Made by a program: the position numbers and the translations under genes. From positions 1 through 46,706 of the IMG/VR virus record IMGVR_UViG_3300035532_000115: a DNA stretch of 46,706 nucleotides; one strand, written 5' to 3'. Shown here piece by piece: positions 1 through 11,700 of this stretch (position 1 is its first letter; the number at the start of each line of letters is the position of its first letter). Source of the stretch: a virus. Its lineage: Duplodnaviria; Caudoviricetes. Under the pieces are notes generated by a model. It was not told where the DNA came from, searched no databases, and worked only from the letters and a program-made list of their open reading frames with translations.

Positions 1-1
1 A

Positions 2-3000
2 CGTTGTATTCTTCCTGATCCATCACGTCACGTTTGTAATAGAAAGACTGGTAAAAAGTGGGTTTCAGTTTCAACTATTACTGAGATTGATCCAGAAACT
101 GGTTTTGAAGGTGAAACAGCATCTATTGATTTTTCATTAATTAATGGTTATAACGATGGTAGTTGTGATGGTAAAGGTACGGATACTACTTGTTCTGGAT
201 ATTCGCCGTATCATATGGGTTTTGGGATATTAAAACCTTCAGATAGTCAAGAGTTGGATACTTTTAGCTCAGGACACTACTCATCAATTGATGATTTCGG
301 TTATCAACTTCCTATAAATTTTACTATTTACAATATTAGGGCTGTACTTTCTAAATGTTATTGGTGGAAAGCTGATCCTGGAAATTTTATAGTTACTGAT
401 ACTGGTGAGGTGGAGTTAGGAGGTAATTGGGAATGTACTTGTCCCAAAGACACTAGTGTCTATAGTGAGTTCACAACTGAAAATGGACCCCCATGTAATG
501 GTTGCAAATCGGAGTGTCCTAATTATACAGGAGTTTGTTGGCAGTATTGTACTGATGATAAAATGGAAACTGGAGATCCAATTTTAGTTGAACAGATACA
601 TGAGCTAAGATATTATCATAGAGAACATAATTGGACAAAAAATGACATTGAAGCTATGTTTATGGATGAGGGTACTCTTTTTGCTTGGTATGGTACACAT
701 ACCTCTGATACTTTTAAAACAGCGTCTTTAAAAGGCGAGTTGTCAACCACTATTACTATTGGAACTGGGGGTGCAGTAGAGGAATATAGAATTCCAGCAG
801 TTAAAGTTTTTATGCCTTCTTTTGATGAATTTACTATTGAATCTAAAAAATTGGAGTTAACCCAAGGTACTGAGGTTAGTGGGGAATTATCTAAGTTTCC
901 TACCTTAATACGAGAATTACAGTTATTACCATTAGCACCAATAATTAAAACAGAGTTTAACAAACATATTTCTGCTGATGGTGATGAGAACTTTTTATTT
1001 GAAACACCTTACTTAACTGAAGAAATTAGTACTTTAATTTATGGTAAATCTTTTTATTCTGAAAAGATGTATGCTATGAACATAAGCGATTCAGAATTGC
1101 AATGTGTTCTTCCCACTGAATTGTATTATTTTGATAATGTATATGATATACAAGAGCAATTAAATTCAGAAAATTATGAAATCTTTAATGAAAACTTAGT
1201 AAGTGCACTTACTGCTATTAAAACATTTACCCCAGATAAGATAGTTCCTAACTCTTTACCCGATGATGATAGGACTTTTTTAATGGATGTTTCTGTTTTA
1301 TCTAAAGATAAGACATATGACTCTACTAATGATAATACTATTTTAGTTTATCAAGAAGTTGATGGCGTCTTTACTTTTGATAAAATAACATTTACTAAAC
1401 GAGTTGTAGGCGGTATGTTATTTCAAGATACTTTTGAAATTTTAGGTGATGGTGGTTTAGTAAGAAGACCGATACCTGATTTTGAACAATCCTTTATGAC
1501 TAATTTAAATAAAAATGGTAATATGTCTTTTCATTTTGAACCTTTTGTGGATGCTGAAATTTCGACAGATGTGTCTTACATCTATAATGATATACACCAT
1601 GATGACCCTGTAGAAGGGTTTAATTATGTTGGAAGTAAAAAATATAAGATAACTATACCAGAAATTATACTTGAAACTTCTGCAAATTCTGATGTTTCAA
1701 GAGAGTTTAAAGTTATAGGTTCAAATGGTTATTGTCTTATTAGTTTAAATAATACGTCTATTAACAATGTTATAGAAAATTGGGAAGCAGAAAAAATTTT
1801 AGTTGAGTATGAAAGGGAGGTTGTGGAGGATGATGATGTAGTTACTATTGAATACACGGAGTGTGAGATGGAAATTGTTCATCATGGGGGGGATCGTAAG
1901 TTATCAGGTGGGCAGGTATTAATTAAACCTAAAAATATGGAAGATTTTAGTTCAATTTGTGGCGCAACTGTAAAATTGATTAATGTGTCATATATTGAAA
2001 AACGAAGCTTTGATCAGTCACCGGAAATAGCTTGTGGAGAATATGAAGAAGTAGATACTACTGATAATACAGTTTTTATGGAAGCCGGTGAGTTTGATGG
2101 TGATGCTAAACAATTTACAATTAAAAATTATAAATTTGTTTTAACTTTAGCTGCTGTTATGCAAGATAGCGTGGGTAGGGCTTTTACTATGTCAAGAACC
2201 AAACCTATAGGTATGGTTAAACAAGTGGCGTGCCCGGACGTAGAAATATTTTATAAATGGTCAGCAAAATATAGTTTGTGGCAGAATTTACCAATATGTA
2301 CTTGTTGCGGTGCCAGATCAGAAAAGTGGATTAAAAATGATGTTATAAATGTAAACACCCCAATGTGTGGGGATCATTTTGAATGTAAAGGTTGTTATCC
2401 AGGGCCCATGTGGTGGCCTTATAATGAATGTCAAGGGTATGTTGGTTATAACCAAGTTACTAATTTAGATAATTGGGATCTATCTATGATAGGGCTGTTC
2501 AAAGAAAAAGATGATGCTGGGGAATATGTGCATGGTAGCCATGATATGCGTATGTTAGGGCCGCATAAAAGATATGCTTATTCAGGTGTATATTGCCCTC
2601 CTAGACCATGTTCCTGTCCAATGTTAACATATAATGAGTATATGACAGAAGAACCGTATTTTACAGGTTATGGTAAAGTAAGAGCTGGAGTTTCTGAGTA
2701 TCAAATAGCTATTTGGGAAGGAACCAGTGAGTTGCCAGTAATGCGTTTTGGAAATGAACTTCGTTCTGTTTTAAGGTCTTATCGTACTACAGATCAAGCT
2801 CCGTATATTGTAATTGACAAGGTTACAGGTTTTCCGACTACGGAGTGGAAATTAATGCCAGCAGCCCAAATGTTTTCTAAAGCCGACATTACTTCTGAAA
2901 AAGATGCTATGTGGGATTATTTTTGTGGCCCTGATGGACCAAATGTTAGTAATCCTTTAGGATTTTATACAGCCACCGAGTTTGATGGTATCAGTATTGA

Positions 3001-5296
3001 TGAAGAGGTAGATTACACCAGTCGTTTTAGATTTGAGGATATAATTAATGTACAAAATGAATTTGATCTAGGATACCCAAAAACTACAGGTAGTTATGTG
3101 GTATCTACTGGAGACAAGGTAGTAACCCCATTTTATAATTTTAAAAAACATCCTTATAAAGATAAATTTATACAATGGGCGTGGCAAGAATTTTGGAAAC
3201 CTATCAAAAGAAATAACAATGAAGCTTCTGATTATACTTATGGTGATTTTATTAAAGAATACATAGATAAAGGTACAACTAGTAATATTAAGGGTACTTA
3301 TTTAGAAATAGACTCCAAAGTCAGAGGTAAACATTTTATGCTTGATTTAGAATATCCTGATTATAAGTATGACTGGCAAAATAAAGAATTTAGGCTTGTT
3401 TGTGATGAAAATATGCAAGGTGTTATTAAATTTAATTGTCCAGTAGAAAAAGATCAGTATACTGGGGAATACCTTGGTTATCCCTCTCTACAGCTAAATA
3501 ATGGCCCTAAGAGGGGTATAAATTGGGCCGGTGATTGGTTAACCGTTGACAATCAAGATGGTACTTTGGCCTACGGTGAGACAATCGATGATTATAATGT
3601 GGAATTATATGAAGAATGTATAGGTAATTACGAGATGGATGTGGACACCTATATCAAGTCTGGGTGGTCTGACCAGGTGACCTTGTTTGATACAGGGTAT
3701 GATGATAAATCTAAAAATACAGCTAAAGATGAAGATAGGATGTGTTTAACTATGGAAGGTACTACTGGTGATAAGGTCGAAACTCATTTTCAAAGAGGTT
3801 TGAATGTACGTTTAGTTTTGGATAAGTTAAATACTTCACCATTAAAGGTAGATAGAATAACACAGTTAGATGAAAAAGGCGAATTTATGGAAGTATTATG
3901 TGGTACTGGTGGCAATTTATCTATAGGGTTTACTTTTGATGAAATAAACCGTACGGTAGGGAGGTTAAATTTTAGTTATGAGTATGGTCCCAAAAAGGTT
4001 GCTGAGGCTATACCAGCTACTGAAGATAATGAGGCGGTTCCTGCAGTATATAAATATTTTCATAAACCAGCTATAGAGATTTATAGTTCACCAAATGGTA
4101 ATAGTTCTTCGGCCACCTTACTACATACTACTGATTGTATGGTGTTGTATGACGGTTCACCAAAAAATGAGGCTTTTTTTGAGGTAAGAAATGAAACTGT
4201 TGAGTGGGAAAATACATGGGATTATATAGCTAATGGGGACAAGGGTTTATATATTGTATTTAGGACCGATCCGACGTCAGACGAAATAGCAGCTCTTAAT
4301 AATGTAATAGAGGATAAAGATCGGTATCATAAATCTTTAAATGCAGTAAGTGTTTTAAATACTCAAATATATGAGGAGAAATTGACGAACGCTGAAGAAT
4401 ATATTGAAAACTGGGAAAGGAAATATTACGTTTCTTATGGTGAGTCTGAAGATGGTCCTCCTCAAGGGAAAAATGATCAGCAAGTTTTAACAGATATTCC
4501 TCAGTACCCTCATTCTGTGTGGCAGGTTGACAATAAGGACGGTGTAAGCGGTATTTCAAATTCTAATGGTGAGCATGTGTTTATAAATAAATGTAGAGGA
4601 AGATTTGTTTTTGATGTTTGGGAAGATGAGACGTTATTAGATTATAGCGATCTATCAAATATGGAAAATCTTCAGTACAAACTATATAATCAGGCTGCTG
4701 AAAAGGCAACCGGCCAATCGATTATGAATGGGATATTACCACCAGGTTTACATGAAATTTTAGCCAATACTGGTGTAGGGTTTTTAGGTGCAAAAGATCT
4801 TTCATTAAAAAATACTTTAATCTCTACTTTAGCTGATATTAATCAATTTCCTATAATGCAGCCAGAAGGCCATTCTTATATATCTAGCAATCCGTGGACT
4901 GAGGGTTGTTCTGGTAAAAATAACTGTTATGGGGGAGATACCTTTGCTTGGAGATATACCAATATGGATGATGATTCTTCACATACTGCCGCTGATTCTT
5001 TTAGTCAGTATTATTCTGGTACATATTGGATGATGCAGCGTAGGGAAATGGCTGCTGATTTGAATGTGGGGCTTTATGCTCTCTGGTATTCACGAAATAC
5101 TTCTAATAATATATTTCCACAAGAAGAAGAAGACTTTACTAAACTGGTATATCCAGAGTTGGATGTTAAGCCTGTGGGAGATAGTGTTGGTCAGGTACAA
5201 GCACCCACTAGAGGTAATCCAAGCCTTCCTTTTTATTGGGGAGGTATGTGGGGAATTACTTCTGAGCCTATTTATGGTGATAACCCTGGTTGGTAG
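2..5296 (+). CDS. Giant Cys-rich acidic protein, probably virion-associated; 5'-truncated by the window edge
   Basis: The frame of ORF 215..5296 stays open back to position 2 (RCILPDPSRHVCNRKTG...YSPYHM), so the true start lies upstream. Cys clusters include CNGCKSECPNYTGVCWQYC, CTCCG and CPPRPCSCP. Function is inferred from context only. Confidence 0.6.
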   Translation, partial: RCILPDPSRHVCNRKTGKKWVSVSTITEIDPETGFEGETASIDFSLINGYNDGSCDGKGTDTTCSGYSPYHMGFGILKPSDSQELDTFSSGHYSSIDDFGYQLPINFTIYNIRAVLSKCYWWKADPGNFIVTDTGEVELGGNWECTCPKDTSVYSEFTTENGPPCNGCKSECPNYTGVCWQYCTDDKMETGDPILVEQIHELRYYHREHNWTKNDIEAMFMDEGTLFAWYGTHTSDTFKTASLKGELSTTITIGTGGAVEEYRIPAVKVFMPSFDEFTIESKKLELTQGTEVSGELSKFPTLIRELQLLPLAPIIKTEFNKHISADGDENFLFETPYLTEEISTLIYGKSFYSEKMYAMNISDSELQCVLPTELYYFDNVYDIQEQLNSENYEIFNENLVSALTAIKTFTPDKIVPNSLPDDDRTFLMDVSVLSKDKTYDSTNDNTILVYQEVDGVFTFDKITFTKRVVGGMLFQDTFEILGDGGLVRRPIPDFEQSFMTNLNKNGNMSFHFEPFVDAEISTDVSYIYNDIHHDDPVEGFNYVGSKKYKITIPEIILETSANSDVSREFKVIGSNGYCLISLNNTSINNVIENWEAEKILVEYEREVVEDDDVVTIEYTECEMEIVHHGGDRKLSGGQVLIKPKNMEDFSSICGATVKLINVSYIEKRSFDQSPEIACGEYEEVDTTDNTVFMEAGEFDGDAKQFTIKNYKFVLTLAAVMQDSVGRAFTMSRTKPIGMVKQVACPDVEIFYKWSAKYSLWQNLPICTCCGARSEKWIKNDVINVNTPMCGDHFECKGCYPGPMWWPYNECQGYVGYNQVTNLDNWDLSMIGLFKEKDDAGEYVHGSHDMRMLGPHKRYAYSGVYCPPRPCSCPMLTYNEYMTEEPYFTGYGKVRAGVSEYQIAIWEGTSELPVMRFGNELRSVLRSYRTTDQAPYIVIDKVTGFPTTEWKLMPAAQMFSKADITSEKDAMWDYFCGPDGPNVSNPLGFYTATEFDGISIDEEVDYTSRFRFEDIINVQNEFDLGYPKTTGSYVVSTGDKVVTPFYNFKKHPYKDKFIQWAWQEFWKPIKRNNNEASDYTYGDFIKEYIDKGTTSNIKGTYLEIDSKVRGKHFMLDLEYPDYKYDWQNKEFRLVCDENMQGVIKFNCPVEKDQYTGEYLGYPSLQLNNGPKRGINWAGDWLTVDNQDGTLAYGETIDDYNVELYEECIGNYEMDVDTYIKSGWSDQVTLFDTGYDDKSKNTAKDEDRMCLTMEGTTGDKVETHFQRGLNVRLVLDKLNTSPLKVDRITQLDEKGEFMEVLCGTGGNLSIGFTFDEINRTVGRLNFSYEYGPKKVAEAIPATEDNEAVPAVYKYFHKPAIEIYSSPNGNSSSATLLHTTDCMVLYDGSPKNEAFFEVRNETVEWENTWDYIANGDKGLYIVFRTDPTSDEIAALNNVIEDKDRYHKSLNAVSVLNTQIYEEKLTNAEEYIENWERKYYVSYGESEDGPPQGKNDQQVLTDIPQYPHSVWQVDNKDGVSGISNSNGEHVFINKCRGRFVFDVWEDETLLDYSDLSNMENLQYKLYNQAAEKATGQSIMNGILPPGLHEILANTGVGFLGAKDLSLKNTLISTLADINQFPIMQPEGHSYISSNPWTEGCSGKNNCYGGDTFAWRYTNMDDDSSHTAADSFSQYYSGTYWMMQRREMAADLNVGLYALWYSRNTSNNIFPQEEEDFTKLVYPELDVKPVGDSVGQVQAPTRGNPSLPFYWGGMWGITSEPIYGDNPGW

Positions 5297-5341
5297 GAAT
5301 AAAGTTAAATAATTTAATTAAGGGGTGTGGTAGAAAAATAA

Positions 5342-5746
5342 ATGAAAGATATGGTTTGTCCTAAATGCGGCAATGATCTTTATGAAAATTCAATGGATAC
5401 TGTTTTTGAATATAATAAAGATATAAAATTACTGATGTGTGAAGATGGTAATTTGGATGTTGAAAATGCTCCCAAATATATGGTATTTTCTTGTATTAAA
5501 TGTGGTTTTAGAAGACGTGTTTCTTTTGAAGATTACTTTCGTTCTAGACAAGAAACTGTTTTAAAAACTTTAGGTAAAATTCGTTCCGATTCTTGTGTTA
5601 GAACTTTAGATCACTCTATAAAATATAGTGAAGATAGTGGTGTGTTATTTTGTGGTTTATGTCCAGGACTATTTGATGGTGACGGTATGTGTACTAATGA
5701 TGTTATTAATAATTGTTTTGTAAGGAAGCGTTTACTTGAAAACTAA
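5342..5746 (+). CDS. Small zinc-finger/Cys-rich protein
   Basis: CPKC...CIKC and CGLC...C...C motifs; overlaps the start of the next gene. Confidence 0.65.
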   Translation: MKDMVCPKCGNDLYENSMDTVFEYNKDIKLLMCEDGNLDVENAPKYMVFSCIKCGFRRRVSFEDYFRSRQETVLKTLGKIRSDSCVRTLDHSIKYSEDSGVLFCGLCPGLFDGDGMCTNDVINNCFVRKRLLEN

Positions 5747-8700
5747 TTATAATTTATTGAAAGATGCTTACAGCATCAAAAATGTTTCTACATGTCGCTA
5801 TGATTCTTTGCATGGTTATGTGAGTGATTTTAGTAGAAATGGTGACGTAGATGGTTGGGATATATATTCTAATATATGTTTATATGGAGTGTGGGATAAT
5901 ATACTATTTGGCACTTCATTAGATAAAGAGTGTTATATTAGTAGAACTAATATATTTATCCCTATTCCGGCAGAAGAATACCATATATTTAAAGTTACTA
6001 TGAAATTAACTATACCTGACGATTTACCTGAACATTTTATACCTACTAAAGGTAGACTTATGTGGCAAACAGTTGCAGACCCTTCATGGGATGAAGATAA
6101 ATCTGTAGATTTTGATTTGGTTGTTAATGATCAATGGTATTCTTATATAATAAATACTGGTGAATCTCAGTACTGGCAGGGGGATGTTAGTAATGTTAGG
6201 ATTTATCCTTTTACTGACGGCAAACCTGATATTAGGTTTACTATTAAAACTATTAATATAGATTCTACAGATTATTTTCAGTGTATCAATACTCAGTGTG
6301 ATTATTACACTAAATATAGTCATCCATGTTTAGGTATTGGTAAACGTGCCTCTATTACTTCAGGTATTCCAAAAGAACATTTTACTACAGTATCTGGTGT
6401 TGATGATAAATTGATCATAAACATAGATGGTTATGGAGATCAGCAGGTAAATTTAGGTAATTTTACTAATTTAGATGGTAATAGTGTAGCTAAAGTGTTA
6501 GTGAATAAAATAAGTTTATTAAACGTAGGTCAATACGCTTATATGGAGGCTGAGTTTATTTCTGATCAAAATAAACTTATATTGTATTCAGGATCTTACA
6601 CTGAAGGTGGCTCAATAGAGGTAGGTGGTCCAGCAGCAAAAGTTTTAGGTTTTTTTGATGAATTTGGTACTGATGTTTCTTATAAGACTGTCGGCGAAGC
6701 ACCTGCTTCTGGGTTTGATTATTCAGCTTCGCGTAGATTAAAAGGTTTTGAGTTAAATGGTTTAATAGATTTAGATACAAATCATTCAGCTTATTCTCAT
6801 AATCCAAACCAATATACTGTCGAGGCGGGCCGTTCTGATTTTGTGGATTCGATGAGTTCGACGCATGCGCCTAGGCCTATTGATGTGGATTATTATGAGG
6901 AGTTGGATGGTAATAATAAATTAATTATAGATGGTTCTCACCCAGTTAATGACTCTGGAAGAATCACTTTAATAAAAGTTAATGGCTCTAGATGTAAGGA
7001 TGTTGATGTGGACATGTATTCTTCTTCTAGATTTAGTTCTTCTTTCAGTAAGGTGGTCTTATTAAGACCTTACAAACCGGACAATGTTGAAACCTCTATT
7101 GCTCAAATAATTTATACAGCTACTATAGAAGATCCAGAAAAGGGTACTGTTCATACAGCTGATGACGTCACTTATAGTGTTGAGGTTGATTGGTTAGTGA
7201 ATAAAGGTGATTTAATTGGGTTTTATAATTTTAATGTTTTATGTCCTTTTTCCATGTACCAACGTCAACCTAATGCTGTTTATTTTGAAGTGTTAGGTTT
7301 ACCTGATGGTAAATTTTCAATAGGAAAACCGGCTGCTAAGGGAGTGATAGGACTATCTTTCTACGCTAGAAGTAGTAGACTACAGGAAAATATTCAATTA
7401 GATATAGATCTTGGTAGACGTGTTAATATAGAAGAGTTGTATGTATATGGTGAGGAATTAAAAACTGATTATGAGTATAACGTTGCTGCTTGTTTAGATG
7501 TTAATTGGGAAGTAGATTTACATAATGAGACTCATTGGCATTCTGTTAGTCATTGTTATAGTTCTATACAACATAGAGAAGTGGAGCATAGGAATAAAGC
7601 TTATGGTATAGAGTGTTTGTGTGATTGCATAACTACACCTGATAACGGCCAACAAGGTACTTCTTATACAACTAACCCGCTTGGTGGCGGACTACATTAT
7701 GATGGCACTAAGTATATACAAAATGATGACCCAGATACTTATAGTGGTTTAGTAACTATAGGTAATCATTGTTATTTTTATGTTAATGGTGATGGGGAGT
7801 GGAATAATGCTGGGTGTTCTTATTCGTCTGATGAAAATGCTGCTGTTAATTATATGGAATTCCAATATCCGTGGAACGGTGGCGAGCCTTATGATTATGA
7901 ATTTGATCCTATTACATTTACTTTATTATTTCCTTACGGTAAAAAAATTGATGTACATAAATCTGCTATTTATTTTAAAGAGTCTAATAATTTTAAACAT
8001 CTATCACTTTCTTACTATTTAGGGGAGTTTGGAGAGAATGGTGATGCTGAAGAAATACATTGGAAATATGTACCTACCTTTACTTCTATAGATATAGATG
8101 GTACTATGTTATACGAAGGTATAACGGATGGAGAAAGACGTAGCCAACAATATGATGAAATTTATTTTTCTAATCCGTGGCCTTGGGCTAAACCTGAATA
8201 TAAAGACGGCCAATGTACCAATTGGGATATTTATCAAACAGTTATGAATGAACGCCTGAACACTTTAACCCATTACTTTGAGCCGGTAGGGTGTTATGGA
8301 TTTAGATACCATAATGAGTGGCATCTAAGTACTAAAATAACTGAAATAGAGGTATTTAGTTATTTACTTATAGAACCTTCGTTATTAGATAATGTGAGTG
8401 TGTATAGTTCAGTATATAGTGATGAATGGTATGAGTTGGTTTTTACTGAAGACGTTGTTGATAGTGGAAGAATAAAAGCTCACGTAGCAGGTAGTCCACG
8501 GTATTTAAAATTAGAAATAAAATCTCAGGATATATTTAAGTTTAAAGAATTAAATGCCTTTGTTTCTAATGAGTATATAAAAAATTTAGATTGTTATAAT
8601 ACTATAGCTGCGGATAATGCGCCTAAAGGTGTTGTAACAGAATCAAAAGAGCTGACTATAGAAAATACTTATAATGTCCCTTTGAATTTAATAGTAGATA

Positions 8701-11700
8701 TCCCTGCTGATTTATTTAAACAGGAAGATATTTTATCTTGGATAAGGTTTGATTCTGAAGAATCTACCATTAATGCTGAGATAGGTACTGGAGCTGTAGT
8801 TCGTAAAAATCCAGATTACCCTTTATTTATGGAAAAAGGTCAGGTAGCTAATAATTGTAACTCTTATTATTTAAAAAATATGGTAGATGGTGCAGCGTCA
8901 TATCAACTTTTAAATAATTATAAGTGGTGTTATTATAAAACTTTGTACCATAATGAGGATGTTGGTTTTACTAATAGTGTTGCTGGCAAAGCGTATTCAG
9001 CAACTTTTGATAAAGTATCTAGTAAGTATTGGAAACTAGGTGTATTTGATACTGGAAGATACGAACTAAGTAGCTTTAAATTATATAATGGTTTAGATTT
9101 AGTAGATAATTATAATATCTATATACAAGCTATATCTGATTTGTATAGTGGTAAATTTAAAACTTCTATTGATCCTGTCACTGGTAGTATACTACCGGTT
9201 GGCTTAGTTGAGGATGATTTTTCTAATAACACTTATTTAGATTATTGGGATTATTCTTTTGGGACTAATCCTGGTAATAATAATTTTATAGAGAAACATG
9301 GTGCTATATTACCATATTTAGATGCGTGGGGATTTGCTTCTATTAGTAAGGAGTTTTTTCCAGGAGTTCTTAGTTTTAGTATAGATATTAATTTTAGATT
9401 TGATCTGCCCAACAATTTAAAATATATAATAGAATTAATAGATGAGGATAATAGGGTTTTATTTACAATGTCTTTGACAGGGCAGTTGGATACTACTGCA
9501 GTTTTGGATGTTTGGATGGATTTTCCAATTGATCAGGAGATGACTTATGCTGCTGTTTATGGTACTAATCCAATGATATACGCGGCTGAATATAATATCA
9601 CTAATATAAATTTAGAAGAATTAACATTTAGTGTAAAAAAAGTAGGTAACACTTTTGATTTTGTTTCTTTAATCAATTCTAAAGGTGAAAGCCTTTTTAG
9701 TGTTTCGGATAAAACCGCCTTTCCAGATAGAGTTACTAAATTACGTATAAGTTATAAAAATATTTCTTCTGAAAACTACTATACGCAAACTAATAAAATA
9801 AGTACGAGTAACGTAAATTTTAAAGCACTTCCTTATTTAAGCGCACAAGAATACATAGCTTTTGATTTTAATAGTAGTGAGCCTGTAGATAGATTTGAAT
9901 TTGTACACACTCAAGATGAATTATTAAAACCTGCTGTTTTAATAAGTAATTTGGATAATAATGATTATGTATTTTGGGCGAGAAATTTTTCAATTACTGG
10001 TAGTTTAACTTCTTATAATTTTAAAACTTATTCAGATAATGCGTACACTATTTTTAGTACTCTTAGTGTAAATTCTAAACCTTGGAATCTTTTTACTGAT
10101 GATGGAGACAAAAAGTTTTATTTTTCTGATTGTAACAGTTGTTATGTAAAATACGATTTTGGTGCCGGAAATAGTAAAATTATTAATTATATTTATTATG
10201 TTCCTTATACAAGTACAAATTATCAGACTCCAGACACATTACAGTTATATGGTACAAATCAGTATGGATCTTCCTTCGATCCTAATTCTTCAGATAATAC
10301 ACTTTTGGTTGAGTTTGAAATTAATAAGTATGGGGAGCCAAATGCTTATAATGAAGAGTATTTTGTAAATAATAATTATTATAGATTTTTAATAATATAT
10401 TGGCCTCCAAGAGAAAATAAAAATCAAACTCTTCTTTTATCTCAAAAAATAATTCTTGGTTATAAGTTTGATAGTTCTCCTACCAGTTCTTTAATGATTA
10501 CTGAAAATAATTATTATAACTATATTGCCATAGACCTTGGTCAAAGACATGATATAGATTTTTTAAGGAATTCAGGTCCCAATGAAGATTTATATAATAT
10601 ATGGAACAATGCAGATATAGTTTTTTCTGGTTCTGATACGGACAATATAGAAGAGGTTGAGTGGATAGCTACTTTACCAGCATTATTACTAAATTTTGAA
10701 GATTTTACAGACAGTTCTGAGTACAGCCATATATTATTAAAAACAGGGGATGTCACCATCAGTACTGTGGATAGTCCTGTAGTCCCAAATGGCCATGCTA
10801 TATTTAATGGTGGAAGTATCTCTATAGATTCCTCAAGTGCTTTTAATTTATATTCAAATGAATTTACTATTGATTTTAGAGTTCTTAGAATTAGTAATGG
10901 TTATGGAGGTATAATTTCCAAAGTTTCTGATTTAAATTCTACATCCTCTTTTTCATTTACTTTTGATATAGATGGTTATTTAGTAGTAACATTACATAGT
11001 GGTGGAAATTTGTTTGAACTAAAATCGCAAAATGTTTTAAATACGTATAACTGGTATCATGTGGCGGTAGTTAGATTTAATGGTACATTAGGTTTATATA
11101 TAGATGGTGAAGTGCAGGATAGTATTTACATAGGCGTTGGTGTTGAGATAAATAGTAGCGTTACACCATTAATTTTAGGTAATATAAGGGGTTTTTATTT
11201 TAATGGGTATTTAGATGAAGTACGGTTTTTAAATGGTCTTGCTTATTGGGAACATAGTTTTAATCCTCCAGAAGTAGCTTATAGTAGCGCTATAGTTGGA
11301 GATAAAACTAACGCACGTTGGGTTAAAATACCATTATTATGCGGTGATAATATAGTTCGTTATTTACAATATATAGGTATATACCCTAATATAACTAAAG
11401 CATATATGCCTGGTGGAGGATTTAATTGTGAATGGATACCATTCACACCTTCAAATAGGCTGACAGATTATTCTGAGGGGGCCCGTAATATTGCACCTTA
11501 TTGTACTATATTAAATATAGCTCAAATGGTTTATGATTTTGACGAATCTGGGTTAGCTGGATGGGGTAATTTAAATTATTCTTCTGTTTTATCGTCCGGT
11601 ATTGAGCAAACTAATTTTTCTGGTGAGTTTGTTGATTCAATATGGGAGTCTTATACTGAAAATTTTACTAATATTTATTCTAATATAGTACAAGAGAATA

